Source of the DNA: a virus
Virus record (IMG/VR): IMGVR_UViG_3300037882_001492
Span: 32,001-96,000 of that record
Length of the DNA stretch: 64,000 bases
Direction: 5' to 3' (one strand)
This document shows positions 1 through 8,269 of this stretch, one piece after another. Under the pieces are notes generated by a model that was given only the letters and a program-made list of their open reading frames with translations, ran no database searches and had not been told where the DNA came from. Numbering within the stretch: position 1 is the stretch's first letter; the number at the start of each line of letters is the position of its first letter. A program made the position numbers and the translations under genes.

Positions 1-637
1 AAGGTCCACGCAAGAAAGCATCAAAAGTAACATCAGGATGATTAATCGTGCATTCATACATGCTTCCAATCAAAGTGTTAATCTTACCTTGGTTACCTTG
101 AATAGCAGTAATACCTTTAACGGCATGTTCTACCATTTTATGCATATTTGGAGTATGGGGAATTCGGAAATTGATTCCACCGATTCGCTTTCCAATGTGT
201 GCCAATTGATTCATACAAGCCATACGCTTATCAAGAGTAATAATACGAATTGCATGAGATTGATCGAATGAGTTAATCACCATCAAACTACGACTAATCT
301 TATCTGATTGACCAAACTTAGCCAACGGATCATTCTCACCAAGTTGAATATTCAGACCTACAATAGATCCATAACGATAATTGTATCCTTTCATATCCAT
401 TTGGAGTCCAGTATTTTCACAAATCCTGGCACCAAGATCGTACAGATCACTATTAGAAAACACACGATAAGTTTTACCAACTACCGTGAAGATTTTATTA
501 GTATCAGGACGAGTTAGGGCAAAGTAATCCTTAATGGGAACATAGTCGTCCACAATAGGGTTAATTACTGCCATCGGATTTTTGACTACATCGAAGTCCA
601 ATCCGTTATCTCGCAAAAAGGTTTCTTTATTTAGCAT
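1..637 (-). CDS. DUF932-family phage/plasmid protein (runs off the window; not in the ORF track)
   Basis: Manual translation from ATG 637: MLNKETFLRDNGLDFDVVKNP...LTRPDTNKIFTVVGKTYRVFSN...LMVINSFDQSHAIRIITLDKRMACMNQL. Matches the DUF932 pattern GLD(W/F)xVxKxP, R-x-D, NS(H/F)D, RxxCxN. Open to the window edge. Confidence 0.8.
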   Translation of the reverse strand, partial: MLNKETFLRDNGLDFDVVKNPMAVINPIVDDYVPIKDYFALTRPDTNKIFTVVGKTYRVFSNSDLYDLGARICENTGLQMDMKGYNYRYGSIVGLNIQLGENDPLAKFGQSDKISRSLMVINSFDQSHAIRIITLDKRMACMNQLAHIGKRIGGINFRIPHTPNMHKMVEHAVKGITAIQGNQGKINTLIGSMYECTINHPDVTFDAFLRGP

Positions 638-903
638 TTTTTGTTAGTCCAAAATTCACGAATCCAAACATAAAAATCACACGCAACACTAAGAGTATGG
701 AAACCGACTTTGGTGACTATATTAGTGTTTTTATGTCCAAACAAAACCGTATTGTCCGGCCCCATTTCAATTACTGCAATATTTTGCAAATCAATAATAA
801 ATAAATAAGCACCACGACATTCAAGATATCTTTTTTGATAAAGATAGATTTCCGGTTTATAGTTATAACTATAAAAACTATCAAATTTAATCGGTTTTCG
901 CAT
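631..903 (-). CDS. hypothetical protein (likely start MRKPIKF at 903)
   Basis: Stop overlaps the DUF932 start. The ORF-track extension to 984 runs through a hairpin-rich intergenic element. Confidence 0.5.
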   Translation of the reverse strand: MRKPIKFDSFYSYNYKPEIYLYQKRYLECRGAYLFIIDLQNIAVIEMGPDNTVLFGHKNTNIVTKVGFHTLSVACDFYVWIREFWTNKKC

Positions 904-922
904 GATTTTCTTTGGTTGTAGT

Positions 923-1017
923 TGCAAGACAATCTTGCACTTGCAAGGCAGCCTGTCCATTTTATAAGCGTGTCCATGCAACATGGACAGAGCGAAATTT
1001 GGGACAGGCTGCCGTGC
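923..1017. repeat. nested inverted-repeat (hairpin) element
   Basis: tgcaaga-caa-tcttgca (923-939). ggcagcctgtcc (947-958) is the exact reverse complement of ggacaggctgcc (1002-1013) and encloses tgtccatg-caa-catggaca (971-989). Confidence 0.85.
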
Positions 1018-1020
1018 TTA

Positions 1021-2064
1021 CTATCTAATTATACCCTGCGAGGCTGCGCCTGTCAAGGATAAAATTTTCTGTCTCACGAAGGTTTCAATTTCGCGCCACA
1101 AGAGTTTACGAGCCTCCGCGTATTCATTTTCTTCCAAAACAAACTCTGTGGTATTGCTTTCGTAATCTTTAACAATATCTGCAATAAACAAACCACAAAG
1201 CTTCTTAAAGTATTTGAAATCTAATTCCATCCCTTCATGTGATAGAACATTGTTTAATCTGTTTTCAGTCATGTAAGACATAAGATTAGTTAAGTGTTTC
1301 TTAGTAATCTCATTATCAACGATGATTGGCTCTCTAGGAGTACGAGAAACTTCTTTCCACTTCTCACCTTTGATCTTCAACATAACTCTATCGCCATTAG
1401 GAGTTAGAATATATTTTTGTAACATAGGTTTGATTACTCCACCTTCTGCAATGTTTTCCCCAACATCTGTATCTGCTAAATCAGGACGAAGGGTTTTATA
1501 GAGTTCGGATTTGAATTCTGGATTGAAGTTTAAACAATCTTTGAATTTACCTTGAAATAAGATTTTAGGAGTTGGTAAGTTTATAAATTTAGCAACAATT
1601 CTTACCCATTCTGGATCGTAGAAAGAGCAAATATCGTTCTCAATACTAAGAATATCAAAAACTACGAATTCAATATCGGGAGTGTAGTACACACCTTTCT
1701 GAATTGCTTTATAAGGAGAAACCTTTTCAGGGAAACTTCCCCCAATTAATTCCCCATAGATGATTATGTTTACACCACTATTTGATTCAAATATAGGAGC
1801 AAAATAAGATTTAATCTTCTCAGAAACCTTTTGAACTAATGCAGCCGAATTATAAAAGTTTTCACCTTCATTTAAGAAACCACTACGCTTCGCTGCTTTG
1901 ACTTCTTGTGTTTCTGAATCATAGTGAAACGAGAAGTTAGCACCGTGGAGTTTTTCTTCCACAATGCATTCAATCTCATCTAACCCAGGAATCTGTTCTC
2001 TGAAATAGTTAACAGTTTTTGAGTTATATGAGTTTTCAATCGAAGGGTATTTATAGAATTTCAT
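1021..2064 (-). CDS. rnl2: RNA ligase 2 (T4 Rnl2 family)
   Basis: N-terminal FYKYPSIEN; motif I EKLHGANFS; YGELIG; FDI; EGGVIKP; LKIK. Confidence 0.92.
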   Translation of the reverse strand: MKFYKYPSIENSYNSKTVNYFREQIPGLDEIECIVEEKLHGANFSFHYDSETQEVKAAKRSGFLNEGENFYNSAALVQKVSEKIKSYFAPIFESNSGVNIIIYGELIGGSFPEKVSPYKAIQKGVYYTPDIEFVVFDILSIENDICSFYDPEWVRIVAKFINLPTPKILFQGKFKDCLNFNPEFKSELYKTLRPDLADTDVGENIAEGGVIKPMLQKYILTPNGDRVMLKIKGEKWKEVSRTPREPIIVDNEITKKHLTNLMSYMTENRLNNVLSHEGMELDFKYFKKLCGLFIADIVKDYESNTTEFVLEENEYAEARKLLWREIETFVRQKILSLTGAASQGIIR

Positions 2065-2272
2065 TTTTCAAAATCTTAAGTGAGTGGTCAATAGAGTCTA
2101 ACTCATACATTTCTATAGTTTCTAATTCGTCTGCTTCATCATAATGACCAATTTTTTCTAATTTCTTTACAAGTGATCTAATCATTTGTCTGGCATTTTT
2201 TATATTTTGAATAGTTAATTTGATTTCATTCAAATTAGGATTTTCTAATTTGTTTTTAGTAGATTTTGCCAT
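2051..2272 (-). CDS. hypothetical protein
   Basis: 73 aa ORF tightly packed in the minus-strand operon. Confidence 0.6.
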   Translation of the reverse strand: MAKSTKNKLENPNLNEIKLTIQNIKNARQMIRSLVKKLEKIGHYDEADELETIEMYELDSIDHSLKILKNEIL

Positions 2273-2274
2273 AA

Positions 2275-2472
2275 TTATTGAATCTCCACATATTCGCTAA
2301 GCACAATTAATGCCTGTTCATAACTTCCGCAATGCATTACTTTCTCACTCATTTCTTTAGCCTTTTCATGCATTCCATGTTTCTTCAAAGTTTGACCGAC
2401 TTTTCCCATAAGGAAAAAGATATTACCGTCAGTTCCAATTAACTGACATTTAGGTTTATTTTCTTTTTTCAT
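2275..2472 (-). CDS. conserved small phage protein (LxGxDGNxFxxxG type)
   Basis: QLIGTDGNIFFLMGKV...GSYEQAL...YV motif, recurrent in phage hypotheticals. Confidence 0.7.
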   Translation of the reverse strand: MKKENKPKCQLIGTDGNIFFLMGKVGQTLKKHGMHEKAKEMSEKVMHCGSYEQALIVLSEYVEIQ

Positions 2473-2666
2473 TTTAGATTTCCTCTAATCTCTTTAAAGG
2501 TAAACTCTTTTAGAAGTTCTCCATTCTCAAAAACAGGAATCAACAAATCTTCACGATTCGGCATTCCTTCTCTTAAGGTTATAAATCCATTCTCGCCATT
2601 ATACAAACCTAAACGACCTTTTTTAGACGCTTTGGACATATCGCTTGCAGGTCGTTTAAATACATC
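2469..2666 (-). pseudogene. C-terminal remnant of nicotinamide phosphoribosyltransferase (NAMPT/NadV)
   Basis: DVFKRPASDMSKASKKGRLGL...FITLREG...DLLIPVFENGELLKEFTFKEIR matches the NAMPT C-terminus (VFKDP..D..K.SKKGRL.L...DLL..VF.NG......F.EIR). The catalytic N-terminal part is absent. Confidence 0.8.
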
Positions 2667-2854
2667 AAACCTTCTTCTAAATAAGCACCGCATGATCGTC
2701 CATCATGTTCCCAATCCCAAACTGTACCCGATCCTCTAGCAATTCTATCTCGTCTTTTACGATTCCAAACCAAACCAGTAAAATCAGTTACTAGAATTCG
2801 GCACTCATCATCAATTTTCTCAAGTACCTTAAAATAAATTCTATAAGTGTTCAT
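2609..2854 (-). CDS. hypothetical protein overlapping the NAMPT remnant
   Basis: ORF track; start overlaps the upstream gene end. Confidence 0.45.
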   Translation of the reverse strand: MNTYRIYFKVLEKIDDECRILVTDFTGLVWNRKRRDRIARGSGTVWDWEHDGRSCGAYLEEGLMYLNDLQAICPKRLKKVV

Positions 2855-3047
2855 TTCGTTTCCTGTATTCTGCGGCTCTTATAAAACAGAGTTCAATTGC
2901 TTCTTGTTCTTTGTTATTTAAAGAGTTTTGATGTTCAAACTCTTCTTCAAGAGCATCAATTTGCCCTTCATTTTCTTTCATAGCATCTTCGTATCCATCA
3001 TCATAACCTTCGTCATAATGACAACAATCTGAAAATCCTCTACTCAT
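2841..3047 (-). CDS. acidic hypothetical protein
   Basis: YDEGYDDGYEDA motif; ATGA overlap with the upstream gene. Confidence 0.6.
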   Translation of the reverse strand: MSRGFSDCCHYDEGYDDGYEDAMKENEGQIDALEEEFEHQNSLNNKEQEAIELCFIRAAEYRKRNEHL

Positions 3048-3406
3048 TCTTTATGAACAGTCCTTCTGTATCCTTTATGTCTCCGTGACCCAAGAATCCA
3101 CGGCGCTTTCTTTAAATCAATATGTTGCAAATAAGCAGAAATAGGAGGAATAGTTCCTAAATCTTCAATTACATGTAATTCTCCAATATCTCTTACATGA
3201 ACTTCTCTTTTGTCAGAATTAACCAAAATCCTTCCAAACATTTGTTCACAAAGAAATATACCGAAAGAATTATGAAGAATAGCACGATGGCGGTTATCGC
3301 CAAAATGACTTTTAGTTTGGTCAAACCATTCATGGATAGGGAGATAATCTGATTCATTACCTCCCCACTTTTTTACACAATTTCTTGCATGAACAATAGG
3401 TTTCAT
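3044..3406 (-). CDS. DUF6915-like His-rich phage protein
   Basis: HARNCVKKWGG..DYLPIHEWFD.TK...D.RHRA.LH...GIFLCE..FG...HVIEDLG.IP. Confidence 0.75.
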   Translation of the reverse strand: MKPIVHARNCVKKWGGNESDYLPIHEWFDQTKSHFGDNRHRAILHNSFGIFLCEQMFGRILVNSDKREVHVRDIGELHVIEDLGTIPPISAYLQHIDLKKAPWILGSRRHKGYRRTVHKE

Positions 3407-3937
3407 TTATTCGTGGTGACAATCGTTTCGTTCAAAACTATTAGTCGCAAAACTATATTCAATTTCAGAGTGATCGTCCCAAAGGATTTCAAAGGAATCT
3501 TTATCAAGTTGATAAATAGTTCTTTCGATTAACTCATAAACCATTTTAAGCGGTTCAGTATATTTTTCAAAAGATTCATGCACTCCAAATTTTGATTGTT
3601 TTAAACCAACATCATAGAGACAACTAAAAACATATCCTTCGTAATAAGAATCTTCATCTTCAAGATCGGTAAACTCACTCCCAATATAGTGTAAACAATA
3701 ATTCAAATCAAAATGACAATTAAAAACACACTCATCACCATCATTAAAATAAGGTGTGTATTGAGTCCAACGAACTACAAAATCTTGAATAGGAAAATCA
3801 GGGTATTTTGCTCTGATTTCATCAATGCCTTTTTGCAATTCATTTTTTAAGATTCCTTCGCCTTCTGATCGAATCTTAAGTTTGAATTCGGTCATGGCTT
3901 GTTTGAAATTGTTTTGAAGTGTAAGAATTTGTTCCAT
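3407..3937 (-). CDS. conserved phage hypothetical protein
   Basis: WTQYTPYFNDGDECVF motif; abuts the DUF6915-like gene. Confidence 0.7.
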   Translation of the reverse strand: MEQILTLQNNFKQAMTEFKLKIRSEGEGILKNELQKGIDEIRAKYPDFPIQDFVVRWTQYTPYFNDGDECVFNCHFDLNYCLHYIGSEFTDLEDEDSYYEGYVFSCLYDVGLKQSKFGVHESFEKYTEPLKMVYELIERTIYQLDKDSFEILWDDHSEIEYSFATNSFERNDCHHE

Positions 3938-3953
3938 TATATTGTTGATTTAG

Positions 3954-4030
3954 TGGTAGGCACGACAGGGTACGATCCTGTAACTTTCTCCGTGTAAAGA
4001 AGATACTCTAGCCAATTGAGTTACGCGCCC
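3954..4030 (-). tRNA. tRNA-Val(TAC) with encoded CCA
   Basis: Reverse complement GGGCGCGTAACTCAATTGGCTAGAGTATCTTCTTTACACGGAGAAAGTTACAGGATCGTACCCTGTCGTGCCTACCA folds to a cloverleaf; anticodon loop TT-TAC-AC. Confidence 0.92.
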
Positions 4031-4048
4031 GTTATCTTAGACTACCTA

Positions 4049-4309
4049 TTATAGATAATATCTCGGATTTTTATAAACGATATTGTTCATATAACAATTG
4101 TCCCATTCAGCCCGTAAACGAGCCAATTCTTTTCTTTTTCTCTCTCTGTTTTCCATTGCTTCCCGATAAACCTTACTACTCCATTCCTTATTGTGAGCAG
4201 GATTCTCTGTCTCTTGAGACATGTAATAAAATCCCATAGCAGGAACAGTTACAGCACAAGACTGTAAACTAACAAGTAACAGGGATATCAGTAAAATTAT
4301 TGTTTTCAT
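4049..4309 (-). CDS. putative lipoprotein
   Basis: MKT, hydrophobic stretch, lipobox-like LQSC. Confidence 0.55.
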   Translation of the reverse strand: MKTIILLISLLLVSLQSCAVTVPAMGFYYMSQETENPAHNKEWSSKVYREAMENRERKRKELARLRAEWDNCYMNNIVYKNPRYYL

Positions 4310-4676
4310 TTTGTTTATTTGTTGTGTTTGGTTCTGTTTGTGTAAGTCCCACTAAAACTATATGATCGTTTACTTTTACTACAAGTTCTTTGTTATTAGC
4401 ACTTTTCAACCCATTTAAAGGCTCAACAGATACTTTGTAATTTTCAATATCTTCCCGGCATCGCAAGTAAAAAGTATCGCCGGTTCTACGATATAATTCG
4501 TCAAGGACATACCACGCTGCTTTTCGTAGGTCTTGAATGGCATTTCCTTTATTATCGGCTCTCCATAGGTATTTTACAGCATTTCCTACGCTAAATCCCA
4601 TATGGCGAGTGATATCAATGCATTCAATCCCTGATGGGTGTTTGCGATAGTGTTCTGTGGGGACTTTATTCATCAT
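4269..4676 (-). CDS. DUF3310 protein (T7 gp1.7-like nucleotide kinase family)
   Basis: HYRKHPSGIECIDI...GNAVKYLWRA..KG....DLRKAAWY. Confidence 0.85.
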   Translation of the reverse strand: MMNKVPTEHYRKHPSGIECIDITRHMGFSVGNAVKYLWRADNKGNAIQDLRKAAWYVLDELYRRTGDTFYLRCREDIENYKVSVEPLNGLKSANNKELVVKVNDHIVLVGLTQTEPNTTNKQNENNNFTDIPVTC

Positions 4677-4884
4677 AAACTAAATTATTTACAAATATAA
4701 CTTTCATATCTTTATCCACAACAACTGCGGCCTCGGAACCAGAATATCCGTTTATATCACGATATTCTTTTGCACAATCTCTAGCAAATTTAATTGCCTC
4801 TTTTTTTCTATTGAAAGATTGAGAATAAGGTAATCCATGTAAAAAAGAAACAGAATTTTTTCCATAAAATACTGTGTATTTCAT
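4666..4884 (-). CDS. hypothetical protein
   Basis: ORF with overlapping start/stop junctions. Confidence 0.55.
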   Translation of the reverse strand: MKYTVFYGKNSVSFLHGLPYSQSFNRKKEAIKFARDCAKEYRDINGYSGSEAAVVVDKDMKVIFVNNLVYDE

Positions 4885-5213
4885 AGCAAGTTTAGCCTTT
4901 TAAATAAGGATTGAATTTCATAATAAATTTCTTCATTTTCAATATGACTTGCAGTAAAAATAACCTCTAATATTTTTAACATTCTATACGATTCAGAAAA
5001 CAACATAGCATATTCTTCTCTTGTTGGGCCACCTTTAAAAATTTGATCTTTAGTTGAGTTTGATGGAGTTCCGTATGCAGGATGAATTGTTGCAATTGTT
5101 AAAGTATCGTCCCAAATCTCAATAGTCCCAGGATTTCCAGAAGGGTTATTAACATCATCATCTTTAACAATGTTGAGGGATAACGAACATTCATAATCGG
5201 ATAGTTGTGTCAT
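4881..5213 (-). CDS. hypothetical protein (likely start MTQLSD)
   Basis: ORF track 4881..5273; the downstream ATG avoids overlap with the neighbour. Confidence 0.5.
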   Translation of the reverse strand: MTQLSDYECSLSLNIVKDDDVNNPSGNPGTIEIWDDTLTIATIHPAYGTPSNSTKDQIFKGGPTREEYAMLFSESYRMLKILEVIFTASHIENEEIYYEIQSLFKRLNLL

Positions 5214-5221
5214 TTTGACTT

Positions 5222-5509
5222 TTAAGGGAGGGGAGGAAGAACACCGGGATATTTTATAAAAGCAACCACCCATTGAAGCATATCAACTATCCAAAAGATA
5301 ATTCGATAAACGAAATTCAATCCCCAAGGTGCATAAAGGTCACCCGATTCTTCTGTTGACGGTACATCAAATTGCCCAATCGAAGCATAACCTTTAGGTG
5401 TTGTATCTTCATAAACATTATTAGTTTGTTTATATGAAACTCTTTTCACAAATGGAAGGTATTGTGAAATTATATTAATTAACCGCGTATTGAAAGGAAT
5501 ATTATACAT
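5222..5509 (-). CDS. hypothetical protein with hydrophobic C-terminus
   Basis: ORF track; aromatic/hydrophobic C-terminal segment. Confidence 0.5.
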   Translation of the reverse strand: MYNIPFNTRLINIISQYLPFVKRVSYKQTNNVYEDTTPKGYASIGQFDVPSTEESGDLYAPWGLNFVYRIIFWIVDMLQWVVAFIKYPGVLPPLP

Positions 5510-5510
5510 T

Positions 5511-6041
5511 TTATTGTTTTTTCATCCACAATTTAAATCCCATTCTCCAATTAAAACCATATTTATAAGATGGTGGGAAATTGGATGCATATAGTTCATG
5601 TTTATAATACGGTGGCAAGTAATAATTAGGTTGAAAATTTCCTCTTACCATTTGAATATTACCGTTTGTCCCCTCAATTTCAATTAAAAAAGGATCGTTC
5701 TCACTTGCAACAATATTTGAAGGAAGCAAATTGAAGTCTCTTGGAACCCAGGTGTTATTGCCTATTAACAAGACTTTCTCTTGAAAAACAATTGGTCGGT
5801 TCCCGCTAGGGCCAAGACCTTTTCTTATTCTAACTATCACACTTCCAGGAACATAAACATAAAAAGACAACTCTAATTTTGCTAGAACACCATCTGATTC
5901 AACAATTACTTGTTGTTGAACATCGTGGTAAACACACATGATTCCAGCATTTTTTTTAGGAGAATGTTGGTCCATGTAAAAAGAATCTTGTTCCGGGGCA
6001 GTAAACAAGAACATCGAAAGTAAGAGAAAGATTTTTAACAT
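5511..6041 (-). CDS. putative secreted beta-rich protein (start MLKIFLL at 6041)
   Basis: Signal-peptide-like N-terminus; the ORF-track start at 6092 lies inside tRNA-Pro. Confidence 0.6.
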   Translation of the reverse strand: MLKIFLLLSMFLFTAPEQDSFYMDQHSPKKNAGIMCVYHDVQQQVIVESDGVLAKLELSFYVYVPGSVIVRIRKGLGPSGNRPIVFQEKVLLIGNNTWVPRDFNLLPSNIVASENDPFLIEIEGTNGNIQMVRGNFQPNYYLPPYYKHELYASNFPPSYKYGFNWRMGFKLWMKKQ

Positions 6042-6049
6042 TTTTTTTA

Positions 6050-6123
6050 TGGTCAGAGTAGAAGGAATCGAACCTTCGCTACAAGTTCCCAAAACTGGTG
6101 TGCTACCATTATACCATACCCTG
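6050..6123 (-). tRNA. tRNA-Pro(TGG) with encoded CCA
   Basis: Reverse complement CAGGGTATGGTATAATGGTAGCACACCAGTTTTGGGAACTTGTAGCGAAGGTTCGATTCCTTCTACTCTGACCA; C1:G72 and A73; TTCGATT T-loop; one anticodon-stem mismatch. Confidence 0.92.
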
Positions 6124-6127
6124 TTAT

Positions 6128-6367
6128 TTATTTATTCTCGTAATGATGAATTCTGTGGCAATTAGAACACAAAACTTCACACTTTTCAATTTCTTTTAAT
6201 ATTTTACTTTCCGCCCATCCAGCGCGTTGTATCTCTGAAATACCTATTGACTTTTCTCTAATGTGGTGAAAATCTAAGACCCTAAAATCATCATTTCCAC
6301 AGCGGACACAACTTTTTGTTTTTTTTATATTTGTAATGAACTCCCTAATTTTCTTCCGCCTAGTCAT
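6128..6367 (-). CDS. HNH endonuclease
   Basis: CVRCG...LDFHH...EIEKCEVLCSNCHRIHH. Confidence 0.88.
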   Translation of the reverse strand: MTRRKKIREFITNIKKTKSCVRCGNDDFRVLDFHHIREKSIGISEIQRAGWAESKILKEIEKCEVLCSNCHRIHHYENK

Positions 6368-6374
6368 TCACTTT

Positions 6375-6403
6375 ATTATACTTAAAAGACAACGATTTTG
6401 TAA
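6375..6403 (-). promoter_or_regulatory. sigma70-like promoter for HNH/tRNA-Pro
   Basis: TTACAA-N17-TATAAT, 7 nt before the ATG. Confidence 0.6.
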
Positions 6404-6447
6404 TAGTGCGACAGAGAATATTAAATATTCATTAAACTTTCGTTTCA

Positions 6448-8256
6448 CTATGCTTTTAAAACTCTATACCACACCACTATATGACCAAAAGCATTAGTGG
6501 TAGATTCAGTTGCAGAATATTTCAATGCGGTATTGTCTGATAGGGAAACCCCATGAAAATTAGAAGATACAATATGTTGAATTGCCGTCGCATACGATAT
6601 AGCAATTACAAGTCTATTTGCTATAGTGTCGTTACCGTCGGTTAAAAATAAAGCTCCGGTAACAGTTCCGGTACCGTAAATCACCAATTCTGCATTGTAT
6701 ACTACAATTTTATATCCAGCGCCAGGGGCATCAACTAAAGTTGCATTAGAAACAGGAAAGCTTCCGGCAGCACTTAAAGCAACATAAGCATAATTTAAAC
6801 CAGAACTTGATCTAACTGATACTTGCCCCCCTGGTAAACTTGAACTGCTAATACCAGTTAAATTAACTTCTACTGATGCGGCACTATCCCAACTAACAGG
6901 AACAGTTTCCCCGTCTAGAGTTACTTTAACATCAGCAGAGTTATAACCAGACACCCCAACAGTACCGTCAACAGTTAATGATCCTTCATTATCAATAACC
7001 GGTACTGATCCTGTAATTGAAACTCCTTCACCATCTAAAGTAACTTTAACATCCGCAGTATTATAACCGGATACCCCAACAACTTCACTATCCAGAGTTA
7101 CTTTAACATCAGCAGAGTTATAACCAGATACCCCAACAGTACCGTCAACAGTTAAAGAACCACCATTATCAGTAACAGGAATAGTTTCACCGTCTAAAGT
7201 AACTTTAACATCAGCAGAATTGTATCCCGAAACTCCGATATTAACTCCTGGATCAATAGAAGAAACTCCAACTTTATTAATGTTTACGACTGTGCTTCCA
7301 CCGCTTTGTTCATTAGCGTTATACACAATTAATCCAACAACCCCACCAATAGAACTAACATTAACAGAACTGGCATTTATTCCACCAGGAGCAGTTCCAG
7401 ATACCGCGCCGGATAAAGAAACATTGTTTACGGTTACTGACTCCCCATCTAAAGTAACTTTAACATCAGCGGAATCATATCCAGAAACCCCAAAAGTTCC
7501 ACCGTTCAAAGACACTCCTATAGTTTCACCGTCTAGAGTTACTTTAACATCAGCAGAGTTATAACCAGACACTCCTACAATTCCATCAACAGTTAAAGAG
7601 CCGCCGTTATCGGTAACAGGAACAGTTTCACCGTCTAAAGTTATTTTAACATCAGCAGAATTATACCCTGAAACTGCAACAATTTCACTATCAAGAGTAA
7701 CCTTAACATCCGCAGAATTATAACCCGACACTCCAATCGTCCCATCAACAGTTAAAGAACCACCATTATCCGTAACTGCAACAGTTTCACCGTCTAAAGT
7801 TATTTTAACATCGGCAGAATCATAACCAGAAACACCAACTTTATTAGAAACAGTAACCGCTCCACCAGTTCCGGTACTTCCCGATTCGTTAGCATTGAAT
7901 ACAATTAACCCAGCAACACCGTTTACTGAACTTAAATTAGCTTGGTATAGTGTTGACCCACCACTACCATGCAGCCCGGAAACAGACACAGAAGAATATG
8001 AAGTTCCATTTCCTCCTGTAATTTCACCAGGATTGCTTATATGAACCACTAATGATCCGCCAGTAGAGGATAAATCTCCACCAGACCCTCTTACAATTAC
8101 ACGGCCATCCCAAGGATTATTAGATCCAGACGGATCAACAATTACAATCGCACTTACAGTACCACTAACTCCCGTCGAACCACCACCGCCACCACCGCCA
8201 CTTGTGGAAACCCCGTCGCATATCCCCTCACCTGTTGGAGTTTGAAATAAACCCAT
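6448..8256 (-). CDS. repeat-rich Gly/Ser/Val fibre-like virion protein
   Basis: 9 copies of (G/A)VSGY(N/D)(S/T)ADVK(V/I)TLD and 4 of (T/I)DN(G/E)GSLTVDG; CTAAATA 6 nt upstream. Confidence 0.7.
   Translation of the reverse strand: MGLFQTPTGEGICDGVSTSGGGGGGGSTGVSGTVSAIVIVDPSGSNNPWDGRVIVRGSGGDLSSTGGSLVVHISNPGEITGGNGTSYSSVSVSGLHGSGGSTLYQANLSSVNGVAGLIVFNANESGSTGTGGAVTVSNKVGVSGYDSADVKITLDGETVAVTDNGGSLTVDGTIGVSGYNSADVKVTLDSEIVAVSGYNSADVKITLDGETVPVTDNGGSLTVDGIVGVSGYNSADVKVTLDGETIGVSLNGGTFGVSGYDSADVKVTLDGESVTVNNVSLSGAVSGTAPGGINASSVNVSSIGGVVGLIVYNANEQSGGSTVVNINKVGVSSIDPGVNIGVSGYNSADVKVTLDGETIPVTDNGGSLTVDGTVGVSGYNSADVKVTLDSEVVGVSGYNTADVKVTLDGEGVSITGSVPVIDNEGSLTVDGTVGVSGYNSADVKVTLDGETVPVSWDSAASVEVNLTGISSSSLPGGQVSVRSSSGLNYAYVALSAAGSFPVSNATLVDAPGAGYKIVVYNAELVIYGTGTVTGALFLTDGNDTIANRLVIAISYATAIQHIVSSNFHGVSLSDNTALKYSATESTTNAFGHIVVWYRVLKA
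6900..7840 (-). repeat. intragenic tandem repeat array
   Basis: Recurrent actttaacatcagcagagttataaccagacac-type units encoding the peptide repeats; boundaries approximate. Confidence 0.85.
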
Positions 8257-8262
8257 TCAAAG

Positions 8263-8269
8263 TATTTAG
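8263..8269 (-). promoter_or_regulatory. gp55-type late promoter CTAAATA
   Basis: Same heptamer recurs before many structural genes. Confidence 0.65.

Noticed and set aside
38-517. Plus-strand ORFs 38..271 and 308..517
   Set aside because: They are antisense shadows of the DUF932 gene.
6042-6092. N-terminal extension of ORF 5511..6092
   Set aside because: It overlaps tRNA-Pro; the ATG at 6041 gives a clean signal peptide.
6900-7840. Repeat array as a CRISPR array or DGR template
   Set aside because: Repeats are in frame, vary mainly at synonymous positions and have no unique spacers. No cas gene or reverse transcriptase is in the window.
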